Positions 1 to 13,443 of a stretch of DNA of 64,000 nt are shown piece after piece. Each line of letters starts with the position of its first letter. Position 1 is the stretch's first letter. A model generated the notes under the pieces. That model was not told the origin of the DNA, did not search any database, and saw only the letters and a list, made by a program, of their open reading frames with translations. The stretch is taken from assembly GCF_006345805.1 (NCBI RefSeq), contig NC_043021.1:620001-684000 (forward strand), given 5' to 3'. The stretch comes from Octopus sinensis. Its lineage: Eukaryota. The translations under genes and the position numbers were made by a program.

Positions 1-69
1 AAGTTACAGGGACGTAAACACACCAGCATTGGTTGTCAAGCAATGTTGGGGGGGACAAACACAGACACA

Positions 70-133
<64 letters not shown>

Positions 134-258
134 TACGATGGGCTTCTTTCAGTTTCCGTCTACCAAATCCACTCAGAAGGCTTTGGTTGGCCCGAGGCTT
201 TAGTAGAAGACACTTGCCCAAGGTTCTACGCAGTGGGACTGAACCCAGAGCCATGAGG
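1..258 (-). mobile_element. tRNA-derived SINE, family B (central (CA)n/(TA)n microsatellite), truncated by the window edge
   Basis: Contains ggcttctttcagtttccgtctaccaaatccactc...agaagacacttgcccaagg...agtgggactgaaccc. The same block recurs at ~1035-1200(-), 1300-1440(+), 3890-4055(-), 6500-6870(-), 19840-19990(-), 28530-28690(+), 36905-37250(-), 45190-45450(+) and 47420-47600(+). Confidence 0.8.
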
Positions 259-1200
259 TTGTTAATTTTTATTTTCAAATTGGTATTTACAAGTGGATAA
301 TGTAAATATGCACACACATATACATACATGTAACACTTTACAAACACATACATATAAATCACACATGTAGAAATATATAATGTATGCATACTGGCACTTA
401 CACACACACACACACACACACATCCTATTAGTATGCAGAGTGAATGAGAATTATCTACTTTAGTGAACTATTATTATAAATGTAGACTAAAACAGTGATT
501 ATTATAAGCTGATGTTTATCATAAATAAATCAGAGATGGAACAAATAGAGAGGCAGGGTGAGGCAGACATGCATACACACATTACCTCTCTCACTTTCTC
601 ATATATATATGTGTATAAAATGCACAAACACACACTATCTCTCACATCTATGTGTGTGTGTGTGTGTATATATATATATACATACATACCATCATATATA
701 TATGTATGTGTGTGTGTGTGTGTGTGCATATATAAAATAGAGCAAGATAGACAAGCTCATAAAAATATCAATAGCTTGTCTTTATATATCTTATCAAAGC
801 AGCATAAAATCTCAGATGTAATTTTACTGTTCATATTGTGTGAAGCCCCTTTAAGAGATTTTAACCAATGATTTTGAAGAATTCCTCATAGCAAATTAAG
901 AAGATCATGGCAGTTTCAATGCAACTTCTCTACAACTGCCACATATTGACCAGTTTTAATGATCTATTTAGTAATGGTGACACTCATTCACAACTCCTGT
1001 GCAATGTCAAGACAAGGACACACACACACACACATTTGGGCTTCTTTCAGTGTCCATCCACCATATTCACTCATAAGGCTTTGGTTAGGTCTGGGTCTAT
1101 AAGTACAAGATATGTGCTCAAGGTGCAATACAGTAGGGCTGAACACCAAACCATGGGGCTGGGTAGCAAACTTCTTAACCACACAGCTATGCTTGCACCT

Positions 1201-1248
<48 letters not shown>

Positions 1249-1472
1249 TCTGAACACTTACAGCATGTGTCACTCGTGTATTTATATTTTAATCCAATTT
1301 TAACTCAGTGTGACTACATTGTTAAGAGGTTTACCTAGCAATCATAAGGTTCCAGTTTCAATCCCACTGCATGGCACTTTGAGCAGCAAGTGTCTTCTAC
1401 CACAACCTTGTAACTAAAAGTGGACAGATGTCCACTGGATGACCCCTATATGTTGTCAGGTGGTACATTTAA

Positions 1473-1699
1473 CCCTTTAGCATTCAGATTATCTCTCTCA
1501 AATGTAATGCTTATTTATTCTTGTTCTTTTGAATTAATCTTGCATTATCTTCTAACTTTTGAGATTTCAATGATGAGATTCTTTTTTTTTTTTTTCAAGA
1601 ATAACATTGTAGGACAAGTGTGAGAGGCTGGATCTGGCTAGGTTGAATATAAGACAGAATGTATTTGGCCCTGATATGGCTTGTTTAAATACTAAAGAG
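1473..1699. mobile_element. piggyBac-type MITE (TTAA|CCC...GGG|TTAA family)
   Basis: TTAA at 1469-1472, then CCCTTTAGCATTCAGA; degenerate opposite end tactaaagag|ctaa. Related copies at 35886-36088 and 46161-46336. Confidence 0.6.
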
Positions 1700-1906
1700 C
1701 TAATTCATCATCTGGTGTAGTACCATTACCTTGACTTTGTTTTTAGCAGAGCCTGCTTTGGGGTAAGGAAAGGGGGATGACCTAGTATTTAAGCTGTTGG
1801 GTTCATAGAAATCATAAAGTCATAGGTTCAATTCTTGGACTGGACTCTGTATTGTTCCAGAGGAACAAGGCACTTCATATCTCATTCCTCCAGTTCAATC
1901 TGCTGA

Positions 1907-1982
1907 AAATGAGTGTCTGCTGGTAAGTGGCAGATGACAGGTTATTAGCTGTGAGGCGACACTTACCAGCAGACACTCATTT
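1907..1982. repeat. perfect 23-bp inverted repeat with 30-nt loop
   Basis: aaatgagtgtctgctggtaagtg (1907-1929) is the exact reverse complement of cacttaccagcagacactcattt (1960-1982). Confidence 0.95.
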
Positions 1983-2211
1983 AGTCCAGAAATCTTGTAA
2001 ATACAGAATGTCAATAATCCTTGATGGGGCTATGGTACACTGGGGAGAGACAACTCAGAAGTGCCCACACCCCCACCTACTGGCTCTGCAAAATGTCAGA
2101 GACAAAGTTCTTCACACTTGTGACCAGGCAATAAAAAACAGTCTTTTGTATTCCAATTAATTTAGTCTCTCTTACACACACACACACACCACACACACAC
2201 ATACATATATT

Positions 2212-3083
2212 CAGGGTGTGGTGAATAAACTGTCGTCTAAATTACGTAAAAATGAAAATAACACTGACATCTCATTTTAACAGATATATTTACCAAAATT
2301 ACATATAAACATTTTGAAATACTAATGAGTAAATATTCAATAAAATTACCATTGGCTCCAACCATGACCTACAGACGACTTCAGAATCTCCTGCAACTCT
2401 TCCGGACAGTCTCCTTGTTTAAGTTGGTGAATGCTGCTATAATCTTTGCCTTCAGTTCATCTTTGGTGTTACTAAGAGTTTTGTTGGTCTCTCATTCAAC
2501 TGTGCCCCACACATAATAATCTGGGGAGTTAGGTGGCCAGAAATTTGGGATGATGTAGTTGCAGAAATTGTCTGACAGCAATGACTAGGTTCTCTTGCTT
2601 GTGTGGCATGGTGCAGAGTCCTGTTGCCAGACACAGGATCTTCCAGCAGCTACCCTCTTGACCCAGTGCAGCACTTCCACCCCTAGGCACTTGATGTAGG
2701 CATCCGTGTTGAGTCTGAGGCAGTGTGGGAAGGTGAATGGAGGCATAATGTCACCATCACTAATGATCACTCCAATCACCATGATGTTCACTGAAGGTTT
2801 GATTTTTATCACTCTCAGTACATGTTTTGGGGATGCAGCAAGCCAACGGATGTTCTGTGTGTTCACCACCTGTTCATATTGGAGCTTCCAGCATGAATGC
2901 CAAGCAGTACAACATGTGATTTCCAAATTTCTGGCAGAGTGGAATATGTCATGCTGCTATTTTTCTCACAGGCTTTGTCCAACTGACCCTACTATACTAT
3001 GTAGTTGCCAAAATCAACAACAAACAATGGACATGAGCAAAATTAAAAATATAAAATGGTAACAATTTACCCATCACACCCTG
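2212..3083 (-). mobile_element. internally deleted IS630-Tc1-mariner element (maT/DD37D-like), transposase pseudogene
   Basis: TIRs cagggtgtggtgaataaactgt / acaatttacccatcacaccctg followed by TA. The minus strand reads SDGDIMPP...YIKCL...VWQQDSAPCHTSKRT*...FWPPNSPDYYVWG...KDELKAKI. The HTH region and first Asp are deleted (GSSN joined to QVVNTQN). Confidence 0.85.
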
Positions 3084-3088
3084 TATGC

Positions 3089-3144
<56 letters not shown>

Positions 3145-5299
3145 CCATATACATGCCATACACATACATATACAGACACACACCACACACACATATATAT
3201 ATATACACCACTCTCATACATGCATATACAATACATGTACCTTCATCTTGAAAATTTTCATTGGGATCAGCTACTACTGCTTGGCGAAGTCTTTTGCGGG
3301 AGTTGAAAAACGGTGCAGGGGGTACTTTAGCACTCTGAGAAATAATAGAACATAAAGTTTCAATTAACAAAAGAGAGTTTTTTTAAATTTCCTACAAACA
3401 ATCAAACATAAAAGAAATAAAATTATAAAAAGAGAAAAACAACTAATAAGGAGCTTCTATAGAGTTACTTGACCTGCTAGAAATAGCAAACAAATTTCCC
3501 TCAAATCACACCTTCTGTTTTTTAAAAAAAGAGAAGGATACATAGGCTAATGTTGTCTGACATACACTAAGAGTAAAAGACAGGATGGTCATAATTGGAA
3601 CATCTTTGATCATACATCTGCCATATGAAGGTGGATTTACTTTAGAAAATATTTTAACAAGAAGCTTTTCTTTTTTTAACATCCACTTTTCTATACTTGC
3701 ATGGGCCAGGCAGACACTACACTGATCAGATCTTCTACAGCCAGAAGCCCTTCCTGTCACCAACTCTCATTTATTTCCAAGCAAGGTAAGATTTTCCCAT
3801 GGCCAGACATGTTTTCACGGAAGACTGACAACAAATGATGCCGTTTGTATGACATAATGCTTGTTTACAACTATCACACAATATCAAGAGACACACACAT
3901 GGACTTCTTTAAGCTACCATTTCCCAAATCCACTCACAAGGATTTTGGTTGGCCTGAGGCTATAGTAGAAGGCACTTGCCCAAAGTGTCACACAGCAGGA
4001 CTGACCCTTAAACCTTGTGGTTGGGAAGTTAACTTCCTATCCACACAACCATGCCAGATTTCTGAAATATCGTTTTAAATTACATTTTAATTCTATGATT
4101 TTTCTCATAAAGAAAATTGGTCAAATAAAATAGAATGACAGTAAGATAGGAGTTGAAGTAGAACAGCAAAGGATGTGAGTTCAAACCCAACCATTGGAGA
4201 TATTCAATCTAATCACATAACCTGAAACACAAACATCCCAACTCTTTGTCTACTCGTTAATAAAAAGGGACACAGTTGTAAAATATGTCTCTCTCAATGA
4301 TCTATACATGTCTTTAGAATTAGTAGGACTAGTTATCTGATGTCTCCATGGAAACAGAACAACAAATATAGAAAAGATAAATACATAAAGCAAGGTGTGA
4401 TATCGATGTAGAAGTAGGAAGGCTAAGTGGACAGGGGTGGACAGGGTGGTGTTTAGCTATCATTTCTCTGTCCAGAACATTTCAACCAATGTTGCTGCCA
4501 CAGCAGATCCTCTGTGGTCATCTTCCTGCTTAATGCTATGAAACCAGAACTAATAACTGGTCCTCCTTAACGACCCTTTACCATTTGGAAGACAGAAAGT
4601 TAGTTAAGTAGTCCACATAATTAAAATACAAAGTCCTCCACTTCTTTAGCTACTCCTGCCCTACAACATTATCGATAGTTGTAACCACCTCAATTATAAG
4701 GTTTCAGGAGGAGAAGTTGGTGGTGGTGGTGGTAGCAGCTGCAGCTACAACTGTTCTGTAGGTCATCATGTTTGGTTTCTCTTGTGCCATAATCTGTTCC
4801 ACCAGGGTGGTTGTTTAACCCCAGGTCAATCCTAATCTAGCAGATCTATGATCAAAGTTATACTAAATGTTTATTAGAACTACTTTATCTAATGTATGCC
4901 TTCCAGTTATTGTTTGCCCCCAGGCTGACTGACATCTAACAAACACATGATCAACCATCACATCTTTTATTCAGATATAGTGCATCTAATGTATGTGTGT
5001 GGATATATATGAATATACTGACATAATGTATCACATTATCTAATACGTCCTTTTAAAGAGTAGGGTATGAAGGAGAATCCAAACAGATCAGACAGCTACA
5101 AAGAGGCTCCTTTATTGGTTTGTGGTAACAAAAGTTGAGTGATAGAGCAAGTGCCTTAAATTATTCTCCTGATATTAGTAAAGTCTTTTTACAAATCTTT
5201 CATTCAACAATTTGTCTTGTGCCTGGTTTAAGACAGATATTTTCAATCTATGACAGTCAATCTATGCTGCCAGGGTATGGAAAATGAGGACAATTCTCA

Positions 5300-5600
5300 C
5301 TCAACGTAACCCTCAAAGGTCTTCCAGATCCATTTTTCTTTTTAAAGTGCAGAGTATGAAGGGGACCCTCTAGGACTGGTGAGACTGATGCTGTCAACGT
5401 TCCATTTAAATTATTTCAGGAACGACATGATCAAGGAGGAAAATTCAGAAGGGAATGAAGGATTGGGCATAATGTGGAGAAAAAGGGAATTGGATATGCT
5501 AAGAGGTGGGGAGATGAGCAGATCAGAGGGGCCTAAGGTGGAGGTAGAAGGCCAACCAGCTGTGAGAAGCAGAAGCCAATAGATGAAGATGTGGCGTTAA
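5300..5600 (-). mobile_element. highly decayed LINE RT fragment (CR1/Jockey-like)
   Basis: Minus strand FPSEFSSLIMSFLK* weakly resembles the RT segment FPPSLCSWISSFLS preceding the PQG motif. Confidence 0.25.
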
Positions 5601-6197
5601 GAAACAGAAATATGAAACCAAACTTTCCACCCCTTTGTTTAATACTTGAGATTATTTGGGTGAGAAACACAGCATCACATGGTTGGTCAATGCATGAAAA
5701 TGATTAGATACAAATAAAAACAAATTTTCAAATCAACTCATGTTTGTATGTTGTGACTTGTAACTATTTATAATCATGACAGAAACAATATGATGATGAT
5801 GATGATGATGCCACAATTTCTATTTTGTCAAAGTTATATGATCGACTTAAACTTCTTTTTGCCATTATTATGCAATTGAAATAACATTGCAGTGCACTTT
5901 CTTCCAAACCACATTGGTCTGTCATGACATATAGATAAATCATAGTGAATTTTACAACAAAACACAAACTCCTGAACAAATATCACAATGCAGAAATGAG
6001 ATTGGTGCAGTTGTTAATTGAATAGCTTGAGAGTTAATGACATCTCTCTCTCTCTGTTTTATCATATTAACCAATCTATATATTAATACAATATGGGTCT
6101 TACCTATCTACCTTTTCACTTAAGACTAAAACGAAGTGGATATAACAAAGTTTGTTACGTCATTATGTCTTTAGTTATCTCAATTTCTTTTCCCACC

Positions 6198-6239
<42 letters not shown>

Positions 6240-7939
6240 GTTTATTTGAAAAGTTTTTGAATTGTACCTAAGCAAATAAAATAATTATTTCACTACAAGA
6301 ACCAAAAAATGCTAATGTCTTCTGTTAATATATGTATATATTCATGTGTCAGTATGTATGAATGTATAAATGTATTGTGTGTGTATAAATACAAATACTT
6401 ATATCAAGGCTAAACAGGAGTCAGGGAGGGCTGTTTAACAACACACTCATGTCAAGTATATTCGTCAACAGTCTATGGCAATTGTTGTGATGATAATAAT
6501 ATGAATAAATTAAATAAAGCGTGGTATTTCTATTCGTTTAGTCTTTTACCAGTTTTTAGGTTGTGACCATGCTGGAGGACTTCCTTCAAGGATTTAGCCA
6601 AGCACATTGACCTCAGTAATTAATTTTGTTAGATCCTTATTTTATCAATGTGTATTTGTGAAATTACGATGTCACAGTACAATATCACAGGTTTTTAGCA
6701 ACATAAATACACACACACACACAATTTTTTCCTATACTGTATCAAATTTCACAACAATTATCAATTTGAGTCTCTAGTAGAAAACTTTTTGCTCAAGTTG
6801 CTACACAGTGGGATTGAACCAAGAATCACATGGGTTCAAAGCAAACTTTTAAATCATACAGCCATGCTTGTGTCTATATTACAAGTATGTTTCTTCTCTT
6901 TTTTTTTTAAGAATCGACAGTTCAGTGGATTCTTAAATTCTTTACTTCATTCAATAAGACTGGGTTCAAGTCTAACCAAAGGCACTAAAGTGAAAATAAG
7001 GATGGAAGCTATCATAATGAAGATTTGCCAAAGATGTACCGACATAGTTGTTCAGTAGGAAAATAGATTATGTCTTTGATGTGTTTTCATTGTTTAAGAC
7101 AGTTTATTTCTACAAGTAAAGTGAAAAACAATAGATAACAACTACCAAGGTAGAAGCAGTGGTGAGTGTATTATAACAAGGAATATAGCTCCTAACACTA
7201 CATATTCAATACTGCCTAGGTGGACTGTTACACCATCGGAATAATAAAATGGTGCTAACAAAATACAATTTCAAAAGAAATTATTTCACAGTTCTCAATA
7301 AACTTCCAACCATTTTACAGTTTTCAAAATAACCATAGAATTACCATGGATACTTCTGCTAGCAGGTAGTAGTAATATGACAGCAGAAAATTCATTTTAC
7401 AATTCTTTCATATTATAGCTTGGCAGTGAATGGTGCAATGCCAGCTAGCAACTAAAGGAGATTTCTTCTTCGTCAATGCAACAAAACTAGATTATACACC
7501 AAACAGTGCTCGTCTCCCATCCATGCGAATGGCTCCTATTTAGGCACTTCGAGTTTACCAAGTTTGGAAAGAAACACATACAGCTTTCACTTCAAGTTGC
7601 TTCTAGTGACAGATTTATTTAAACTAAGTCAGTTGGTATTACTTTTAAAGTAGCAGTGATTAAATGTATGATGTGCAGTGACTGTGATTGGAGGTAAGAA
7701 AGGCTTGTTTATTATAATAATTTTCATAATAACTGGTATTACATTGGTGAAAAGAAGGAGTTATGAGCTAATTTAAACTGAATTGATAAGGTTTGTTAAC
7801 AATGTTTGTTTTCAGATGACAAGTAGATAATTTTTGTTTGCATGTTGACTTTTCAGATAAGTATGTCTAGTTGGTTATGATCAAACAGCCCAACCCTAAC
7901 AATAAAATGACATGCAAGACAATTGAGAAGACACTATAT

Positions 7940-9100
7940 GACTGAGACTAAGCGGGAATATGTCTGCAGTGGGGCTTCACTAACTCCAACAGCAGGGAAG
8001 GGTGTGTGAAATCACAGGATGTGTGATGTGTGCGCTTGTCAAATGAGGACATAAACCCAACCAAACTACGTGACATTCCCCATTCACACCAAGATACAAT
8101 AATGAGCATAATTTCAGAGACTGTAACACAATCTTCAAACTCATGTGGTGGGATTCTATGGGACATTTTGCTATCCTGCAAGACAATGCAGTGTGAACAG
8201 GTTGTGCAGTCCAGTATCTCGGGGGTGTTTATCACATTTGAGGCTGAAATTGTTGTGTGAAGTGTGTGGTACAAGTAAAACAAAGAAGCTACCCACAGTT
8301 TCTATCTCCAACAACACCACCATTTGATTCAGGCGGAAAATGTTGTAATGAAGGCTGTTGCAGAAATCAAAATACTGACACACAAGTTTACCATTTAGCT
8401 AGATGAGTCAACCGATGTTTCTAATAATGCTTTGTTTATTTACATTATTGATAATTAGCTGAAAGATGAATATTTATTAATTGTCTGCTTGAAACAACAA
8501 CCACAGCACAAATCATTATTGATGAGGTTTCAACAGTCTTGCAGAGTATGGAATGCAGTAAGGAGGAGAAAAGTACAAGCCATTTGCATGGATGAGTCAC
8601 TAGCAGTGCTCTGAGTAAAATCTGGTTGTTACCATCAAGCTAGCACAGCTGAAACTCTTGAGATGGTTTATGGTATACAAGGAGTCAATTTTATTATAGG
8701 TTCAAGCATATAGCAGTTATTAGAAGGAAGTGCAAGAAAACAACTGGATTCTGAACATTGTTTTTACATTCTGGGGTGAAATGGTTGTCTCCCAGCAAGG
8801 TTTTGGATTGAGATTTTATAACTGTGATCAGAAATAGTGGACTTTCTTACAGCAAAAGCACATGCTAAAAATGTTGCCTAGTTCAGCTATGAGACATCTT
8901 TCAAAAATGTGTTAAAATTCTCTTTACCAGGAAAGCTTCTTTTTTTTTCCATGTCTTCAATAAGAGGAATGCCTGGAACTGACACTGGGAAGTTGACGTC
9001 GATGAAGTCACTACTTACCACACCAGATCAATTTATTCAATTGAGGTTCAATGACCAAAATTGATGGGAATGTGCTCACACTTAAAACACCAATGACAAA
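7940..9100 (+). mobile_element. fossil hAT (Charlie/ZBED-type) transposase
   Basis: Frameshifted motifs in order: LSNEDINPTKLR; KKLPTVSISNNT; *LDESTDVSNN (8399-8422); LETTTTAQ; AICMDE; SEH..LHSGVKWLS..KVL; DQFIQLRF. Confidence 0.85.
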
Positions 9101-9499
9101 ATAGCTTCCCAAAGGCAAGACTCTACAGAGTAAGGCCACATGAAGAAAGCAGTTATTTCTTGTTGCTAAAAGTGTCATTTCCTACACCAATCTTACAAAA
9201 GACAAACACTGACAGTATCTACTTTCCTCTCTCCAGATTGATATTGTAAGTTCAAGTTCTGGTGAGGTGAACTTTATCTTTCAACTTTCCAAGTTCCAGT
9301 GAAATACTTTGGTAGACAACTACCTTGTGGTAGTTAGTAACATCCATAGAAGTCCAACTAAGGTTGATTGTACTTTTCAGTCTTCTGGAGTGAATAAAAT
9401 AAGCACCAGTCATGTACTGAAGTTGTTTCTTGATTCTATCCCTTCTCCAGAAATGTTTTTATATTAGAAAATATTATTATTATCATTATTATTATTATT

Positions 9500-9700
9500 A
9501 GGGTAGCAAGCTGGGAGAATCATTAGAGCATCGGTCAAAATACTTAGCAGCATTTCTTCTGGCTCTCTATGTTCTGAGTTCAAATTCGACCAAGGTCAAT
9601 CTTGCCATTCATCTTGTCAGTCTCAAGTACTATGGTCAATTCAATCAACAAATCCCCTGCCATTAAAATTGCTAGCCCTGTACCAGAATTTGAAACCATT
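9500..9700 (+). mobile_element. tRNA-derived SINE, family A
   Basis: gagctgg...gaatcattag...ttctgagttcaaattc...ggtc...tttgcc(t)ttcat. Other copies at ~11560-11720, 30382-30609, 37520-38770 (cluster), 40030-40140, 40400-40470, 42780-42990, 43500-43790 and 59620-59830. Confidence 0.8.
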
Positions 9701-10486
9701 AAAAGGCAGCAGGCTAGCAGAATCATCAGAATGCCAGGCAATATGCTCAGCAACATTTCTTCCAGTTCTTTACATTCTGAGTCTAAATGCTGCAAACACT
9801 GACTTTTCTATCCCCAACAACAACAACACATTTATGTACAATATTTCTTTGGTGAAGGGTTAAAATTATATCAGATTTGCAACAGATTAGAACTCATGCC
9901 CAACAAGCAGATACTTCAAAACATTCTTTACTCAACCATTTCACCTCTGATATATTATCAGGTTTTTCAGCCAGTTAAATCCTCTTATTTGTAAAGTTTG
10001 CTTGATATCAATATGGTCCCTACATAGTACGATCCTTAGAAAAGTCACCTGACATTTGATCCAGCTTTGAATAGTTTCCAAAAATGACTTTTAAAAGAAA
10101 GAACAACCTAATTCTCCAGTTCGGAGATCTGCCCAGGTGCCTCTATTTCAGTGTTATCCTGACTAGTTTAAAAACATCAAATTTCTGAATCTCTTTAAAG
10201 TAGATGCTAATGGCAGCTGATATGTCTTTACAAGATTTGTTCTGTCCACAATATTCAGCATAAATGTGTTCCAAATTGCTCAGATATATTTCTCAATATA
10301 AGAAACTACTGTTGTCGTCATCGTCGCTGTCATTGTTTTATACCCCTGTTTTCAAAGACATGCTAGTTCCAGCACAACCTCATGACAAAAAAAGAGAAAA
10401 CTAACAATGTTTGTTGCTATAAATGATGTGGATATTCTGGTTTAATAATATTACACATCCGTTACGTTTTTTTTTTATTGTGCTAC

Positions 10487-10574
10487 CTGGTGTATTTGGG
10501 TTGCCTTCACTGCAGCTTGAAGAGTTAGTATTTCCTCCATTTCTAATGTGGCTGGCCACTCTTTCAGTTGCCAT
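10487..10574 (-). CDS. candidate alternative first coding exon of an unidentified minus-strand gene (MATERVASHIRNGGNTNSSSCSEGNPNTP, phase 1)
   Basis: ATG at 10574-10572, open frame to a CCAG|gtagca donor. No homology recognised. Confidence 0.3.
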
Positions 10575-11037
10575 GCACTTTACAAAATGACCAGAGTATA
10601 TTTTATTGAGACCTCTACAAAGTCAACTCTGACCTGCATCAAACAACTAAATATTCCAGACAGACCACCCTGAATCTGAAGAGGAACAACAAAACGAGAA
10701 GCTTCTTCTGCTGAGTAAACTTTTGGCTGACAGTTTAGCTAGAATCGAAAATACATTAAGCAGATTTTTTCCCCTCTGATTGTAGAAACTACTACTTCAG
10801 TTGCTAAGCTGTAAATCCAACCAACTTTTTCTTTTCATTTAGCTCCTGTCAATAATGACAGGTTCCTCTTGAAAGTGTCCAGTATATACAAACTTCTTAT
10901 GAGACTACACAGACTTTTACCACACAAATCAACAGAAAATTCTGAACACATAAAATCTTTCATTTCAATCTATAAATCTACAAAACCCAACCAAAGCAAA
11001 CAACCATGTTAGCAATATAATAAGAAAACAAACATAC

Positions 11038-11060
11038 CTTCATGGTGGTAGATCCAATAA
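11038..11060 (-). CDS. 23-nt exon of an unidentified minus-strand gene (..VIGSTTMK, phase 1 to 0)
   Basis: Strong acceptor tttttttcccttctcaacag| and donor AAG|gtatgt; contains a Kozak-like ACCACCATGAAG. Confidence 0.55.
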
Positions 11061-12808
11061 CTGTTGAGAAGGGAAAAAAAGATACCTTTGAGTAACAAAC
11101 ATATTTTAGCTTTTTACAACAATTATATTTAAAAAAAGCTTTCTAATATTTCTTTCATACTTCTTTTTCACTCTATAATTGATCAGTAATAGTCTATATA
11201 GCAAACTTCACCATTTCATTTCTAATAATACAAAACGAATAAATAGTTTGAACTCAGTCTCATTGATATTGATACTTGAGGTTAATTTGGAATACAGATT
11301 ATCAATAATATTTTTTATTTAATTTATAAAACTTTTTGTGTTTGATCTATTTGTAAAGTAAATTACAAATCCATATCCATTAGATATAATTTAATCTATA
11401 TATTGAGTGGGTATTTTGTCTGCAAATACTGAAGATTCTAACATTTGGGTGACTGATGAATCTAAATTTAATTATATACACAATATTACTTACATCCACT
11501 TCAAGGTTCCAAATGTATGTTTTTTTTTTTCTCATTAGTTAATCTTTTTTTTTTTCCAAATTGCTTTTTACATTGAGCCTCCAAATTCTGTCATGGTCAA
11601 CTTTGCCATTCATCCTTTCAGGATCAATAAAATAAATCAGTGAAACACTGGAGTCAATGTAATTGACTTATCCCCTTCCCCCAAAACGGATGCCCTTATG
11701 ACAAAATTTGAAACCATTATTATTATTATTATTACTATCATTTAATAATGACAGTAAGTTTTGCAAATTAAATCTTTCTACATTTTCACTAAAAAGCAGT
11801 TTGACCTCAAAAAATTAAAACAAAGCTTATTTATTTTTTTATGCAAGAATTACAAATAAGAAGCATCAACCAAATCAGTTAACATTTACAAATGCTCACC
11901 ACTTGCCGGAACAGTTCATGGTAAATTAATATCAGGAAACATTGTTCCTATCTGTTACTTTTATTCATCAGAAGAACATTACCAATTCTTCTACCACCAT
12001 CACCCAGTGGACTTTTAATAAGAAATGACCAGGAATATAGTTTGGCTTAAAGACCAAACTGATAAGAGATAACACAATAACACTATCACAAATTATAAAC
12101 ATATCACAAATGAGTCTTCATGTATAATTATTTTGTTTATCAAAAATAACTGGTTGGAGTAAATAAATGCAAGATATTTTGTTCAAATCAGATAAGAAAT
12201 ATTTACACACCAAAGGCAGAGCCCCAGTTTGGCTTTCGCCCTCATGGCAAAAACAAATTAAAGAATTAAAAGACCCTATCGTAATGCATATTTGTTGTGT
12301 TTATTCTATTATTCCTCTTCAGAGTCTGTTGCAGAGGGGGGATCCCTCAGTAGTATTCCAGGAGCTTCTTTCCCAAGTATTTCAACACCCCCATTACCTG
12401 ACATCCATGTCTATTAAGATGCTGTCACTTCATGTTACCAATGTTGACGATTTGCTCTACCCACACACTGCAATGAAGCCCCAGCATGGCCACAGCCTTT
12501 GGGCTGAAACACATAAAAGAATAAGCCATGCAAGGAGGATGTATATTTTATGAAATGAAGATGCTGAAGGTGACGAGTGCCTTTCCAAAGAATATTCCTG
12601 GTTTCAGTGAAGTAAACCAGCTTCCCATCAGAGTTGAAACCTTGTCTCAGATAGACAATGCTCAACACACATTTTTTTAACATCTCCACATTATTTAATT
12701 AACAATTCTCAAAACAGTATATCTTCTATTATAATAACTTTATCATGGTGAATATTTTAATCAACTTCAATTTTTAAATACTAGAATAAACATGCACACA
12801 TATAGCGT

Positions 12809-12845
<37 letters not shown>

Positions 12846-13108
12846 TGTGTGTGTCTGCAACATAGAAGATGAACAGAGTTGTTAGAGGGTGAGGTAGAAT
12901 GTACTGAGATAATTGTTCTAGCTCTCTTTGCTCAAAACCCATATTACCAGCCTGCTGCTGTCACATCTTGAAGGTTCCACTGGGTTGAGGACAGGAAGGT
13001 CAAAAGGGTATCTATGTCTACTTGAAATTCCATAGCCACTTAAAACTATTAACAAAAGCACAATGGATGCTACCAAGTCATCTTTGATTGGGAGAGATGG
13101 CCATAATT

Positions 13109-13174
<66 letters not shown>

Positions 13175-13200
13175 TAGTTATACTGTTATATTTCAGAGAT

Positions 13201-13392
13201 GGTCATTATTTTTTCTTGCCAAATAAACACACAGACTATATATTTGTGCTTCACTCATTTATTATTGTTCATATTTCATCTGATGTCTATAAGATTAAAT
13301 AAACAAATTTTAAAAAATAAGAACAATAATAAATGAGTGAAGAATGAGTATACAGGGCTTTGTGTGTTTATTTGGCAAGAAAAAAAATGTCC
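13201..13392. repeat. fold-back element with ~70-bp imperfect arms (MITE-like)
   Basis: Arm 13201-13270 pairs with 13321-13392 (ttcttgccaaataaacacaca and cttcactcatttattattgttc blocks match). Confidence 0.85.
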
Positions 13393-13412
13393 CTCCCAAA
13401 ACATAACAATAC

Positions 13413-13443
13413 CTGTTTCAACACGTGATTTCACATCAGGAAC
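13413..13443 (-). CDS. candidate 31-nt microexon (VPDVKSRVET, phase 0 to 1)
   Basis: ttgttttgcaag| acceptor (weaker AAG) and CAG|gtattg donor; frame-compatible with exons at 28326-28379 and 11038-11060. Confidence 0.35.

Noticed and set aside
4160-4200. GTTCAAACCC box-B-like motif, and similar motifs in SINE heads
   Set aside because: No cloverleaf; these are tRNA-derived SINE remnants, not tRNA genes.
9018-9122. Open minus-strand exon candidate with a perfect gtaagt donor
   Set aside because: It lies antisense within the hAT transposase fossil and has no independent support.
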